Part shown: positions 37,401 to 52,634 of the stretch, in pieces
Position numbering within the stretch: position 1 is the first letter of the stretch
How the letters are laid out: each line of letters opens with the position of its first letter
Assembly: GCF_009914755.1 (NCBI RefSeq)
Contig: NC_060926.1
Strand: one strand, 5' to 3'
Length of the DNA: 64,000 nucleotides
DNA from: the human T2T-CHM13v2.0 reference genome, Homo sapiens
Translations under genes and position numbers: made by a program
The notes under the pieces: generated by a model
Databases searched by the model: none
What the model was told of the DNA's origin: nothing
What the model saw: the letters and a program-made list of their open reading frames with translations, nothing else

Positions 37401-40400
37401 TGGGGGTAGGCCCTTGACATTTCTGATCCTCAGTTTTATCACTTACGAAATAGAGATTGGTTTCATTGATATTGAGGGTCTCTTCCAACTCTGAAGTCTA
37501 GGAGACACTGGATTTTCATAAAATCTAAACCTATGACATAGATAGCATCCATATTTGTTGTTGTTCTGTGAATTTTCAATAAATATCACACTGAATATTT
37601 TTATTAAAAGGATATTACCTTTTCTTTCCATGAGTATTAAAGTTCCAAGTCTCCAATTTCTTGCCTATAAGTTTTCATTTTTACAGGGGAGAGTTACTTT
37701 TCCTCAATGCTTTTAGTATCTACTATTAAGAAACAAAGACAGACACCGAAGTAGAGAAGAAGATATGAAGTAAATGATATGGGAAGTTTTAAAGCATAAC
37801 CCGGACCTACTGTAGAGACAAGGAAGAGGGAGGAAGGCTATTTCCACTAGGACACTGCATGGGCAATCTCCAAAGTAAGGGACTATATTTTTCAGAAGTG
37901 CAACTGACTGAATGAAAGAATAAAAAGAATCCATATATACAAAGTTCTGAATTATATTTGGTGAGGAGACTTTTGACATCTGCTAAGCTATTAGACACCA
38001 GTTTTTAAAGAAATAAACCATTCCCTGTACATAGAATTAGAAAAAAAAAATGTAAGAAATCATTTTTTAATTCAGAAACAAGAGCCAGAACCAACATTCC
38101 TACTACAGATTAATACTATCTATACATAATCCTGAAATACACCTAACTAAAGAGCTACTGACTAGCATGCCTGCCACTGTCCTCTGCTATCTGCTCTGTT
38201 CCAGTGCTCTCTTGGGTAACCCAAGTCTGTTTCAAAGGCTTTCACACTGTGGTACCAGAGATAAGAATTGACTCAGGCTTTTGCAGACAATAACTACTGA
38301 CCACAGTAAGGTGGATTTCCCACCCCAGAAGTGGTATCAACTGAAAAGGGAACTCTCTTTGATCTTATCCAGCGTCTTCATGCCATTTTAAATTACTCCA
38401 CTGTGGCATCTTATTTCCCAATTCCACAGTCATCTTACTTGTTTATTCATTTGAACACCTGAAGTTACATTATTTGAAATGATTTCCTACCTGGAAAAAT
38501 GAAACAGGGATTTAAAGCACTCATCCTGTGGTGTACAAAGGATAGATAGAGAGACTTCCTCATGTGCAAAGATGAACTGGTAACAACAATGTCATCTCTA
38601 GCATGCTTCTCTGTGAATCAAGGGATGTCTTCTAATAAGACTTCAGACTTGTGCTTTTATTCCAAGCTAGGCTCTGGTGTCAAGATGCCCTTGGCTAAAC
38701 TAATAAACTGTTGATCAAGCAGATGTGACTTTGCTACCAAAGATTAGGAGGACTATGGAAAAAGTAAACCAAACACTACAAGCTATAACACCATCACCTA
38801 GCACAGAAATAACAACTAAGAGGATACAAAAGAACATAGAAAAATAGTTTTCCCAAAGACTGTAATTTTACTGCCCCCTTTGTCAATGCAAAAATACAGA
38901 CTCCTACTCATCTGGTAATTCTTACCAGTCCTTTAGAAAGATAGGTGACAGAATTGTTGCCACTTGTAGTGGTGATTAGACAGCCATAGATAAACAGGAG
39001 GTAAATATTTGCTATCTCAACTACAGATGTATGCACCTGGTCATAAATCAACATATGTTTTATTGTGAACCACCAAAAATATGTTGAATCAAGTATATGT
39101 TGCTTATATCCATGCATTTGAGCTGTGGGGAGCAGTTTAAGGAATATGTAGGGCAGTCTCTACATTTGAGAGAATCTGATAAGACAAAAACCAGATGAAA
39201 TACATGTGATCAAATTCATATGATTGGATATAAGATCTATTATAGGGTAAAGGATACATTGGTCAAATTGAAACCAAGTATGCAATGATATCTCTGAAAA
39301 TGGCCAAAGGACTCCATTTGCCTTTACTAGGATGGGAAAGGCTTTGTGAATAGAGTGGATTTTGAGCTCACTATTGAAGAAACTTCAGAAATGAAATGCA
39401 GATGAGTTTGTGGGTAAATCATGAAGACGCAGAGAAAAATCGAGCAATAGCTAGGTACGACCATGAGAATGTTGACAGATGATTAAACCCCATTTAGGCA
39501 CTTGAGGGATTTTCAGAAAAGAATTATGTGATCCCAGCAATGAAAACTAGTTAGTAGTATTTAGGTGAACTTACCAGTGGAGAAGAGGATCTTAAATATA
39601 AATGGTAAACCAAGAAATAGTAGCTAAAACCAAAGATATTCAGAACTCACATGAAGAATGTAACTCAAAATATGAAGTAACAAAATGTCATTCTTACAGT
39701 AAATGCTGGCATTATTGGGGAATGGAATTTGCTGGGGCCAGACTACACTGAATTTTCTTGGAACAGGAAAGACTGCTTTTATGGAAGTCAAAGGCAGGTT
39801 CTATCTACAGGAAACGGAGTAGTGTGTTCTTCCCCCCTTTTTTTCCTCTCATTTACACCATTGAAAATGGATTTTTAAATGATTTTAAATGAGGAAAGTG
39901 TAACCTATGAAATTACATGTTATGAAATACAATCCTATCTTTTTTTCTGACTCAAAAGGAAATTCAATTTCTTATAATGCCTTAAGTTATTATTACAAAT
40001 GTTGGCAAGGATGAATAGTTAACAATTATTGGGGATCTTCTACATTGGGTATGCTGTTAAGGGTTTTATATATGTTTTCCTACATGCTAAAATAGTATTC
40101 TCTACAGGCATTCCGAGGAATCTCTCTGTTTTAAATAATCAACTTTACTGCACATTGTATATATTTTTCATCAGCTTAATTGTTTGAAGAAAGAAATGAT
40201 TAGGACAAAAATACAGTGTGTAATGGCAGCCACGTGAGAATAGGTGTGTTGAGAAAAATTAAGAACTTTATGATTATTTTTTTGCAAGTTTAACATGAAT
40301 ATATACATAGGTCTCTAGATAGAGGTGTTACTAAAAAAGAAAAAGATCCAGCAAAGAAACAATCTTATACTGTTAAAACCAGAAAGTTGTGTAGACATGT

Positions 40401-41342
40401 ATGCATGGCTGAATTTCAGGGGAAATATTAAGACAAAAAAAGCTAATATTTTGAATCATTTGTTGCATTTCTGAGGCATTATTGCAATGATTTTAATTTA
40501 CTCCTGTTTCCATGTGGATGATGAGCAAATTTTGCAAACAATTAGGAATCTTGAGCAATATTAGCATAGGTACAAGATAACCTTAGGCAAGGCTCATATT
40601 TCTGTACATCACTGGCAAAGCTAGGCCTTTATCTTAAGATAGCCCGTTTGGAAGATTTACTGGTTATAAAGTCATTTTATTTTGAGCCCACAAATACTCA
40701 GTATTTATAGCGAGTAGGTTTCTAAATACATTCTCAAGAAAGCATAAAGTTGAAAGCCCTGAAAATGCAGTTTCTCTAAGGTGCTTCGTATTAAATTTAA
40801 AGATAGCTGTTTCAGAAGAGAAATGCCATATGTATAACTTACTCTATGTTCATTAGCCCTTTTGGTGGAGTCTCTCTATGTAGTACCATAGAATTAGATA
40901 AGACAGTAATTCCAAGTCAGGCTAAGTGAGAATGAAATGTTTGCTGTCTTTCAAATTAAATAATATAACTACTTTGTCAGGTATTGCAGGTGAGATAAAT
41001 ACAGAATATCTCAATGCCTGCCCAATATAATACTTTATTCTGTCTTAAGTAATAGGACAAAATGAATTGAAATTTCTAAATTGTTAAGAATAATTATTTA
41101 AAAAATCAACTATAGGTATTTGATATTATAGTATTGTGTTAATATTTGTAAAGCAGTAACTTTTTATACATTGCTCATTTTATAAAGCAGAATAAATGGT
41201 GTAATAATATGTGTATAAGTAGGAAATTCTCCGAAGGAAAGGCTGCAGAGACATAGGTGTTTACCAAAGTATTCTACCTCATATATTAGAATCAATGGAA
41301 ACAAAATACAAGAAAATTGTGTAGTTATTTCATGTAACATCA

Positions 41343-41756
<414 letters not shown>

Positions 41757-42857
41757 ATTTACAGGCATATTTACAACCAACATCGTTCAGTCAAAAGTAA
41801 AACCTTAACTCAAGATACTCAAACTACAAATGGCATCCCAAATGGGAGTGACTACAGAAAACTTCTCCAGAAAAGTTTGATTGGGCATTATTGATGCTTG
41901 GCAGTTGGATGAAAAGTCCTTTAAATTTCTCTTCACTACAATATATCCCATTACCTTTTCAATGATATTGCCTATGATCCCTTCAAATTTAATTAAGCAT
42001 AAGTATTCAACATGTAAGCATACAATTTGTGACTTGAAAATGTACAGAAGCAGAAGTTTACAAATTGTGAAAAAAACAGAATAACATTTGGCATTTGGAT
42101 GAAATGTTTTCCCTCTGCGTACTTTCAAACCCATTAACCCCTTATTTTATTTTAACAGCATTCTTATGATATAGGTGAATTTGGTCTTTAGAATTACTCA
42201 TATTTTACTGTGGGAAATGAGCTTATTACCTGCCCAAGGAATGCAGATATGGAATTTATATTCAGATTAAAATTCTATCACCATGATGTTCTTTCCAAGA
42301 AAAATTGTGGCCTGTCAAAAAGAGAAGCAGGATGGACTTCAACCGAAAGTTGGAAATAACGCTGAAAAGAAGAAAGAATAATAATAATTTTTTAAAAGAT
42401 GGCTTGGCAGATGAAGATAATGCAGCATTATAATCCCTTGGAGTTGGTTTGGTCAACATTTGTAATCTCACCCCTTGCTTAAGCCTTGGTAAAATAACAT
42501 TTTATCTTATGGTATTTTTTACATACATTACTTGCTTTCAAAATTATTCTACACCACATAGCTCAAAAAGGAGCTTTAAAATATCTAAATTGCCATGGAT
42601 GATACAAATTCCTCCTGACCCCACCCTCATTCTTTCCCTAAAATCACAATTTTTATCACTTCCAATCTGGAAGTGTAACATTTGACAAATGAGATGACCA
42701 TATTTGTAATATCTCCTCTGCCCACTTTAGAAATATTGTTCATAGATGACATAACTTCTATGTGCTGTATAGTGTGAATTTGAACCTTCCTGTCTTAAAA
42801 TGTTAAGGTCTTTATGCCACATAGGACAGATACTGCATTGTTAAATAGCTGTAGTAG

Positions 42858-43212
<355 letters not shown>

Positions 43213-46200
43213 AAAATTTTTAAAATTTAAAATGATGAGGCAGTGGTGGATCTTAGCAATTGTTAAGACATGTATTACACTTTTGGTATGGGTATGTAAG
43301 CTCCTCTAGTGAGAGACTAAAATTTCAATTGGCAATGCTTGTTACTTCTGTTTCAAAATTTCCATTCATTGTTTGAAATTTTAATAATTACTGCTACTTA
43401 CATTGTTTGGGGGAAAAAAACTTCCTTTCCTGGTTATTTACTTACTATTTCCAAAACGTTAAAGTAATCCAGGCAAGTTAAATCTAAGCTAAACAAAAAG
43501 TGAACTTTATAGTTCAAGTTCTAAACCATTTTTCAAAATCACTTCAATAGCAAGACTGTAAGTACTTTAAGGCTCATGGGTGGTGATATCTTATATTTCT
43601 ATGAACCTTCCAATGTCATCTATTAGTGTTCTGGCCAAATAATAGATGTTTTACAAATGTCTGATTGTTTAACAAAAATGCGTGTATCATTCACCTCTCC
43701 TTTGCCCTCTGGTTTATTTTTGGCAAAGCACACTGGTGGGAAGTTATTTCAATGTTTTTCAATTAAAATATTTAATAATTAAACATTGAGCTTAACAGGG
43801 AAGGAGAATGCAAGAACTGGCCCACAGGAACAAGTGATGAATACTGAAATAATGAACGGGTGCAGCAGTAGCAGCAACAGTCAGTTTCATGCTTGCAAGG
43901 AAATGATGAGTGGGAAATTTGTGACACCTGACTTAAAATCAATGCTCCTGGAAGGTGATACAATAGCTCTAAGCTGGAAAAAAAATAAGTACAGGGGGAA
44001 ATCAAAGCTGACACAGTGAAACTGCACAGAAAGAAATGGGTAGAATAATGACAATGTCAAGCAACTAATGGAGCTAATGAGGTATAACGTGATGGTGCTA
44101 AAGATCTCATGTCTTCCAAAGCAACTAGTTAATTTAGCTGATTAATTTGCTAACTCAGTTTTTCTTTTTAATCCCTTAGGGAGACCCTGGTGGTCTCCTT
44201 GTATTATATTTTATATCATGTATCAAAGAATATTCAAACTGCTACTTAATATTAGAAAGATACACTTAAAAAGAGGAAGTAAATGCTAAAAAGAAGAGCT
44301 TTAATTTGTTTAATAAAGTGATGATCATCTAACTCCAAAACAAAGCCCAGAGTTGTTTCTCTCAATGAGAAAATACGAAAGAAAGAAAAATGAAGTAAAA
44401 TGTGCACTACTATTTTTTTCTGGCTCCAAGAGAAAAAAAGAAAAGAATACCTGTAATTTGCACTTTAAGACAACAACCTTATCATTTGAGATCTTAAAAG
44501 TCTGCATGCTTGCAACACTGTATTTTCTTTGTTAAATTATTTCTGAATTCTTGTTTTGGTTGTAAGGAGACTTGTAAATGGCTTTCTTCATATTCTTCTA
44601 CTTTAAAAATAGTAGGGGATGGGTGTAAAAGTGGCTAAATGAGAACATTAAAGAAAGGGCTCTTAAAGGTATTTGGACCTGCCAGGCAAACTCTGTAAAG
44701 TTGCAGTAGAGTTGTTTTCAAGGTAATAGTCAGCGTCCTTCTCTGAAAGCTGATTTAACTTGGCTAGATGATAGGCATCTCTTTGGGTAAGTTAAAGGGT
44801 CTCAAGCAATAAAGTATGTTTTATCTTGGTTAAGCTGATAATTCGTCCTACTTAAGCAAGTAATGCAAATTTCCTTGCAAAGCTCTGTGCTCATTAGCTC
44901 ATAATTAGGGCAATAAATCTGGAATCACAAAACAGATCAGTGAAAACATCATAGTACTGTAAATGTGGGAGTGAGGTTATCTTCTCCTGTAGGAATCAGT
45001 AGAGAGTTTGCAAAAATCTATTCGGATTCTGACTGTGACTCTACATGTGATTATCATAAATTTAACTACTAGGAAGAAGAGAAGGAAAGGAAGGCTGAGG
45101 GCCTTCCTTTAACAGTCCAGGTGACAACCAAAATTTTAAAGACATCTCTTATTATCAAGACCACCTATAATCCTAAGATATATTATGTTTATGAATTATC
45201 TTTAAGTAGGTCTTTCACACTAATTTTCATACATGAACATTTTTGCAAGTAAGCACTTACTGTGCTGCTGGTGGGGAAACCAGTGGCCTGCAGGTACTGA
45301 GCAATTAGTCAGAATTCACAGAGTGAGTCAAAATACCATGTCAAGTAGAAAGCCAGAAGAGAACTCTGCAAAGTACAAAAGCCTGCATTCCACCCTTAGT
45401 ATACAGAATTCTGGTGTGGACAGACAATTTGAATTACTCTAGAGATGACAGAGAAAACTGTGAACTCATAAGAAACCAAACAATTCTGCTTTCTTTTTTT
45501 CTTTAACACAAAAATGTTAATTCAACACTGCTTACTTGTATCACAGTACCTCTTTCATTTCACTTGCAAATTGTTTACAAATATGCCCCTCTCTCACTCA
45601 GAAGTCATATTCACTGATATTGGTCTAAATCATGCCTGTACATGCTATGTATTTTCTGTTCATTTCTGAGCTCCACCCAACTTGCTCATTTTCCTTATCG
45701 CTCAAGATTTAGAAAAAGTTGATTCATGTCAGTACGACATCATGCAGATTGACTAAAACTAACTTTGAGATTAGGGGAGACACGTCTTTCTATAAAAGAA
45801 CCCGGAGTTGCCCTTAGACTTTATGTGTTCATCCTGCTATATATGACACTTAAGCTAACAGAACTGAATTTCTTTGTGGTTTACATCTCTAGAGAGAATA
45901 TGTTTCTTCTTGTTTAAGAAGTGATACACTGAGATCTTAAATCTTCCTGGTTTTAGCAGAGGAGACAGGGTGGGCTCTTCAGTGATCTATATTCTCCAGT
46001 CAAGTTGTTACTACTGAAGTGGAAACTTTTCTTCAAATTATTTGTTTGGGTCTCATTTGGGCCTAAAATGCAGACTTCAGCTTAGATGAAACTATCAGAA
46101 ATTTAGGAAATGAAAAGTACCCAACAGCAAAAAGCTAAATAAAGTGAATACGGCATCTATTTATATGTATTTAATCCTTAGAAGACAAGCTTCTAGAGAA

Positions 46201-47419
46201 AAAAACCACAGGAGAATCTTAGCCTATGCTAATAAGTGAAGAGGAAGATACTCACCATGTAATATTAGCTAAAAAAACAAATGTGCATGGTGGGAACAGA
46301 TGGATTTTTATTTTGGATTTAACTCATTAAAGGTATTTCGTAGTCTGGCTGCAAGTCAGACTATTTAGAATGATGGAGATAGGTATTAAAACTAAAATAA
46401 CCCAGCTATTGTTAATATTAATAAATCGGCTTGGAACTTGCACTTTCTTCCAGCTGTTATCTTTAAACAATCTATTTAAATATTTCTTTGCTCTCTTACC
46501 TTTCTTTAATTTCTCAAAGATATGCATAGCCACTATCCTATCCCTTTCCTATATGGAATACTTAGCACTAATTTACATTTTGCCAATATATTTATACTTT
46601 GCTTCTTGGCCTTTCAGTGAAGACTAAAGTGCTGTAACGTGTAGTAAATATGTTCACCCACTACCTAGAAGTCTCCCAGACAAAAAAATTCCCTAATTTA
46701 ATAACCATCAGTTTTTCAAACAATGTCAGATATATCCCACCATTTTCCAAAAAAAGCTGCAAGCAACATTTCACCCAACAGACCCTAGGCACCATCAGTG
46801 GTTAAAGGTCTTACCTCAGTATGAGGCAGCTGGGTAAGATCTGGAATATGCATGTGTCCTACAAGGCTGTATGTCATGAGCCAGTGCCAGAAAGGGCAAT
46901 TTTCTTTTTTATTTAGACCAATTCGAGAAAAATAAACTTGTTTACAGGCCACCTTAAAAAATTCAACATGGGGATAGCTTTATTTGGGCTTTTGTGAGAG
47001 TGGATATATTCATTCAACCTAGATTATCCATTTAGTGTCAGTGAAAAAAATTGCAGGCACTTCTTAGTCACCAATATGTTAAGGTTTGTAATAATCCAGA
47101 GCAATTTTCTAATTGTATCCTGAAAATAGGTTCTTCATCACATGGAAAATATGGGAAGATTGCAAAACTGAGTCATGGGTTGCTCATTACTGACCTGGAA
47201 TCTTATTCTCTCTAAGTTATTCAAAACACAGAACAGTTGGTGTCAAAGTTTCTCTAAAGGGAGCATTCATTTAGAAGTGAGGACAAATAGCTCAGATTTA
47301 AGCCATGTAAAAAGAGTGGGAATTGAAGATATGAACCCAACACTTAATTTTTAACATAAAGGCAAATGTCAAGGTGCATATGTGAGAGAGATGAGGAACA
47401 CACCATCACGAAATAGGGA

Positions 47420-47750
47420 ATGTTAGGGCCAGATGGAAACCTTGGTGATTATTTAAGTCCACCTCCTAGATTTTTACAGACAAGGAATCAGATAAATGAC
47501 ATGATGTCTTAAGACATTCCATAGCAAAAGCTTGGGAGTCAATACTACTTCAGTTTGATTACTGGTCCAGCAATTACTAGCTGTGGGGCATTAAGTATGT
47601 TATTTTACCTCCCTTTGCTAGTTTCATCTATGATATTGGGATGATTGTGCAGCACTAAACTAATAAGTTGTTTCAAGGAACAAATAAATCTGCTTATACA
47701 TATAAACCACTCAAATCAGTATTTACAACTGACGTGCACCCAATAAATGA
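47420..47750. mobile_element. Two adjacent degraded MIR-type fragments in opposite orientations
   Basis: TTTTTACAGACAAGGAATCAGA (reverse core), then TTACTAGCTGTGGGGCATTAAGTATGTTATTTTACCTCCC (forward core). Confidence 0.55.
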
Positions 47751-49282
47751 TAAATTTCTTTTCACAACTTTTCATCTGCTCTAGGTTTTTAAATTATCCA
47801 CCATGACTTTAGAATAATTTAAAGAATATATTGATATGTTCCATTTACATACCATTCCTGGAAAAATAGTATTCCTATGAATTTTATAATTAAAATATAA
47901 AATATATTCAATGTTAATTCTTGAAATTAATGGGTAAATTAATTTATACATGGATCTTTAGTGTGAACTTAGGCCAGGCTTGAGACATGTAGTACCTCAA
48001 CATGTTGGACAAGCGTTTCGGGTCTCACTAAGCCTTGAGGAATGGGAAAAAAAGGAAATGGAATGGCTTTCCCCATTCAGAGATAGCACCTCCCCACCAT
48101 GCTCATAACTCAGACAGCACTGCACTTTAAAGGTAAGGGGAGGGGGCACATACAAGGAACAGGTAAGAAAAATAAGACTTTCCTGCAACTCTACCATTCT
48201 TCTTAGAACTTCTCTGACCATGAATATCTTTCTTTCTCTTTCTAGTTCTCTGCCTATCCATCAAGGACAAGCTTATCCCCAAATTTTCCCAAGGTTCCCA
48301 GCCCATAGCCTCCTCTTAGTCCCATAACCTTCTGGCACCTGTCTCTCTACCCACTTGTATGGATGTTAATCCCAAGCCATACTCTAACTCTTCTGCTGCT
48401 TTCATGTTTTGCCATTATATTTCTTGTGTTTATATTTTGTTTCCTAATTAGATTGTAAGTAACTTGAAGTGCCTGGAAGATGTCTTTTCTTTTAAAATTA
48501 GTTGACCAAAGAAAGAAAAGGAAAAGGTAATGCAGAAAAAGAAAGCAAACACTGTAACTCAGAAGAATTTGCCCCAACAACTCAAATATCAGCTTCACTC
48601 CAAAGCTACACCCCAAAACTAAGCAGGACTGAAACAGCCAAAGCAAAGCCATAACAAAGCTCAGTAAATATTTAGCTTCTTCTAAACTATTCCAATAGAG
48701 TCCTAACTAATCTCTTTGCCTCCAATCTCTCCTGTCCAATCCATTCTCCACACAAGTGATCAAATGATCTTATCTACATTAGGCACCCAATAATTGGTTT
48801 GTTAACTGAATTTATTAAACATATATTTTGTGCAAGTAAAAAAAAACAGTTACTTTGGTGATTCAAGCAATTATATCAATGCTATGTTGTGAGTGAAAAG
48901 GCACAACTTTGGCAATTTAATCAGCAAGAAACTCAGAAAGCAAAGTTTGGTACAATGTATGCAGGTGGTTTCTAAATTCAAAGGTGACCCTGCAACCATG
49001 GCAAAATAAATGTTTTTTATCTACATACAATTTATGACTTGATCACTAATTGTCTTACTGGAAAACTGTTGATGTTGAAAACTGTAATTCAGGAAATATT
49101 ATACATTACATAGATAGATTCACGCATTCTTTCAAAAAGCAGATATTCAGTGCCTACTACATTCCACACACCAAGACTGATAAAATACAACACAAGCAAA
49201 ACAAGAAATACTGGGATGTTACAATAACATTGCTTTTTGTTAACCATGACAAAATAAATGCTTATGGGTGAAATCATACCTT

Positions 49283-49695
49283 TTGAATCAGTCAGGGTCC
49301 AAGCAGGAAGCAAACAGCATATTCACATTAGAAAACTGTGAGAAAAGTTGAATGTCCCTTTTACAAGCTGAGTAGAAGGAAACTTCAGGCCAGTGCAGGG
49401 TACCAGTGTGAAAGGAGGTTTCTACATCGCCCTTAGGCCTGAAGGAGCAATGGGGGACAGGGTAGTTACTGGAACTCACAGACAGGAAGGGTACTTGGAT
49501 AGAGCAGAACCTCTTGAGACCCCAAAAGAATGAAGCCTGAGGAATGCATATCCCCCACTCTCTGCACTCCCTTCTCTGCCTGCTTGGAAGTCAGACAGTG
49601 AGGAAACTCTATGTATGGTATGTGGTCCATATATTAATATTTTAGCCACTCAGGCTACAGAGCAGCATGGGGAAGAGTGGAGCATAGATCTACAT
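49283..49695. mobile_element. Probable ancient LTR remnant
   Basis: TGAATCAGTCAGGGTCCAAGCAGGAAGCAAACAGCATATTCA start and CAGAGCAGCATGGGGAAGAGTGGAGCATAGATCT end resemble old ERV LTRs. Confidence 0.45.
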
Positions 49696-52634
49696 TCCAT
49701 AGCAACTTAATTCAGCATCCCTTTAGAACTTTCTAAGTAAGCAGTCAGCGTGGGTTGGTTAAACTGCACAAACCTGTAACGAATGAGTGATTTCAAGTAC
49801 ATTTTTAAAACAGTACCATAATTTTCTGCTGAGCTTCCGAAGGCAACGCATCAGAGAAGCTGTCAACACTAATGCTGTCTATAGAAAATGGAAAATTAAC
49901 AAAGCAAGAAGAAATGATCAATTTGAACTTGGTTTGGCTGTGTAAAACTTCTAATTTCAGTCATATATATTAGTTGCTTACCATTTATGCCTAATTACCA
50001 TGTAGCACAATAATGTGTATCATTAAACATGTGCCAAATTAACTTTACAATATTAACTTTACAATGTTAACTTAGCATTATTAGCTTAGTTCAAGTTTGG
50101 ACAGTTTTTGTAGGTTTTGACTCAGGTACATGCTTCTCCCTCTTTTAACTCAAAGAAAATATTTGCTTCAATGATATTCTGCCTAATCATATACTCTCCA
50201 AAGACCTAGGAAATGAAAAAAAAATCTGTGCAGATTCTTCAGACTTAATATATGAATTAATTTAGTAGTGCTTAGAGCCAAACCATAACCAAGGATTGGG
50301 TTATCAACGAATTCCAGCCATGATATAAAGCAGGAAAAAAACTCATGCCAGACCCTTTATAGCTCTTAAGTCATAGGACTCAGTATGCAGTGAACTGCCA
50401 CCAGGAGGATCAGATGGGCGAGAAGTGTGCTATCTTTAGCAAATGTATCCTGATAACTAAGACCACATTCCATTTTTGCACTTGAACTAATTCTTGATTG
50501 TAGTGTAAAGCTTGAGACAAGCTGACCTACCTACCATCAAATCACTAATGATTAGGGTCATCGGGATATGTTCATACTACATATTTGAATTTCCAGTCGT
50601 GATAACTAGATCTTATTACTGAGTTTATGCATTCATTCTAAGAACTGATCAAGAAATTTCTGTTTTGCCTTGATAAATGAACAGCATATATAACCCACAA
50701 ATTCTAGATCCTTTAAATTGCTAGACAGAGGATGCCTGAAATATATTACAAGTTGGTCTAAAAAGCCTCAGTTTAAATGTATCAGAAAAACCATAATAAT
50801 TCAGCAGTGGGCCTAATACTATAATTAAATTTGACTCATGGTACTACGGGGTATGCATTTTAAAGGATTAATTTACTTAAAACACATGTTCTCTTTGATT
50901 TCAGAAAATAGTTGAGTTACTTTATTTCACTTCTTGATAAGGATTTATATTCAGAAATGTAAAAGTATAATCATATTCTGGAAGATCGGCCCTATTTTAT
51001 GGCCTTACAAAATATCCTGCACTTCAGGGATTCCACTGGAGATTCTTCCTTGAGGATTCATCTTCTAGGGTCACAGGACCCCTCTCAGTTACTGACCCAT
51101 CATTGTGGGCCTTCACTGGTGACAAGAAGGGAGAATGGTGGTATTAAGTCCCAGTAGGCACCAAAGAGAAAGCAATATGCTGATGTGGAGAAAGGCCAAT
51201 TGTTTGCATTTTCACTTCAACCTTGCGTGCTGATGTGTTATCTGACCTTTAGTCAGTTTGCCAATGTTGTACAAAAACGACTGCTAGATTAATCACTGAA
51301 ATGTTAACAGGCATTAATTGAACATACACGGTACACAATCATGGAATTACAACACCTTGGGGGTATTTTTATGGATGAAGAACATCTATATATTCACATT
51401 AAAATAATAAGTATAGCTACCCTATATTCCTTGCCTATGTTCTAACAGATACTTAAATCCATGAGGTTATTTAATTCTTTGAACAACCATGTGAGGTAAA
51501 CAGTATACCCAGTGCATGGACGAAGCAAGGAGATGAATGGGCATAGCATACGTAGGAAGGGGAGGCTGGACTTAAGATCAAGTCTAATTCCAAACTTCAT
51601 ACCCTTTTCATTATTTTGTAAGCCTTAGCAGTGCCTTCCAGTTATGGTTGTTTTGTTTCTCCATGGAGATGTCTCTCATTACCTTGTACACATAAACCCA
51701 CAGCTTATCCCTGACTCTTCTCCTGCCCTCTTTTCCTTGTGAAATGTCTGACTCAGAGTAATCTTCCTGAAACAGCAAGAAACTGCAATCAGCAAAGCAG
51801 AAGTGCTATTGTGCACTGGGCTTGGGACAAAGACCTATGGTCTGTGGTCAGCAGATTACAGCAGGGAAAAATCACATTTGGGGGGTTAGACGTGATGATT
51901 AATATGTGTTCTTTTGTCAGAGATCAGTTTTAAGAAATGTCAGAATGTCGGATTATCCAGGTTTTCCATGAAGTCTGCCGTCAAAAAAATTATTATTATT
52001 TTTGTCTCAGTGTTTAAAATAATCCATGCAAGGGCTCTGTAAGGCTTCCTTTTGGGAGGACTGTCAGGAGTTAACAATTACAGATTTCTCCTTTCCAAGG
52101 CTCACTCTGGCACCTGTGCCTTAGATCCCATCACTTCCAAATTCCTCAAGAATCTTGTTCCTACATGTTTTACCTTCATCTCTGGAATCTTCAGTTTCTT
52201 TTTCATTCCTCTTTTACTTTTTTTATGCTTTCAAACTTCACCAAAAAGCTTTAGTTTACTTGTCTGTCCCCTCTAGCTACTGTCTTACTTCTCTCATTTT
52301 CATTTCTGAGCTTCTTAAACAAGTGGTCTAAGCTCACTGCCATCCTCTCTGTTTCACATAGCTTCCCTTCAGCCTCTGACATTCTGGCTGTCACCCTACT
52401 ACACTTCCACGGATGGTCAGTGGCTTTCTCTTTGCCAAGGACCTTGGACTTCTCTCAGTTGCCAGTTTTGATATCTGTGTGTCATGTTATTTTAACTGCA
52501 CACTCCTTGAAACACTGGCTTCATTATTGGTAACTTTTTGTCTCTTCTTACAACTTTCAGTAGCTTCCCTTCCTTTTTTCCCCCTCTTTAAATTTTTATT
52601 TTAGGGATTCTCTTGAGGGGTGGTTTAATGTGTT

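Noticed and set aside
43786-44019. 77-aa ORF as a processed pseudogene or exon
   Set aside because: No recognisable homology, poly(A)/TSD or convincing splice sites
50039-50073. 14-bp x2.5 repeat TTAACTTTACAAT(A/G)
   Set aside because: Ordinary short slippage duplication
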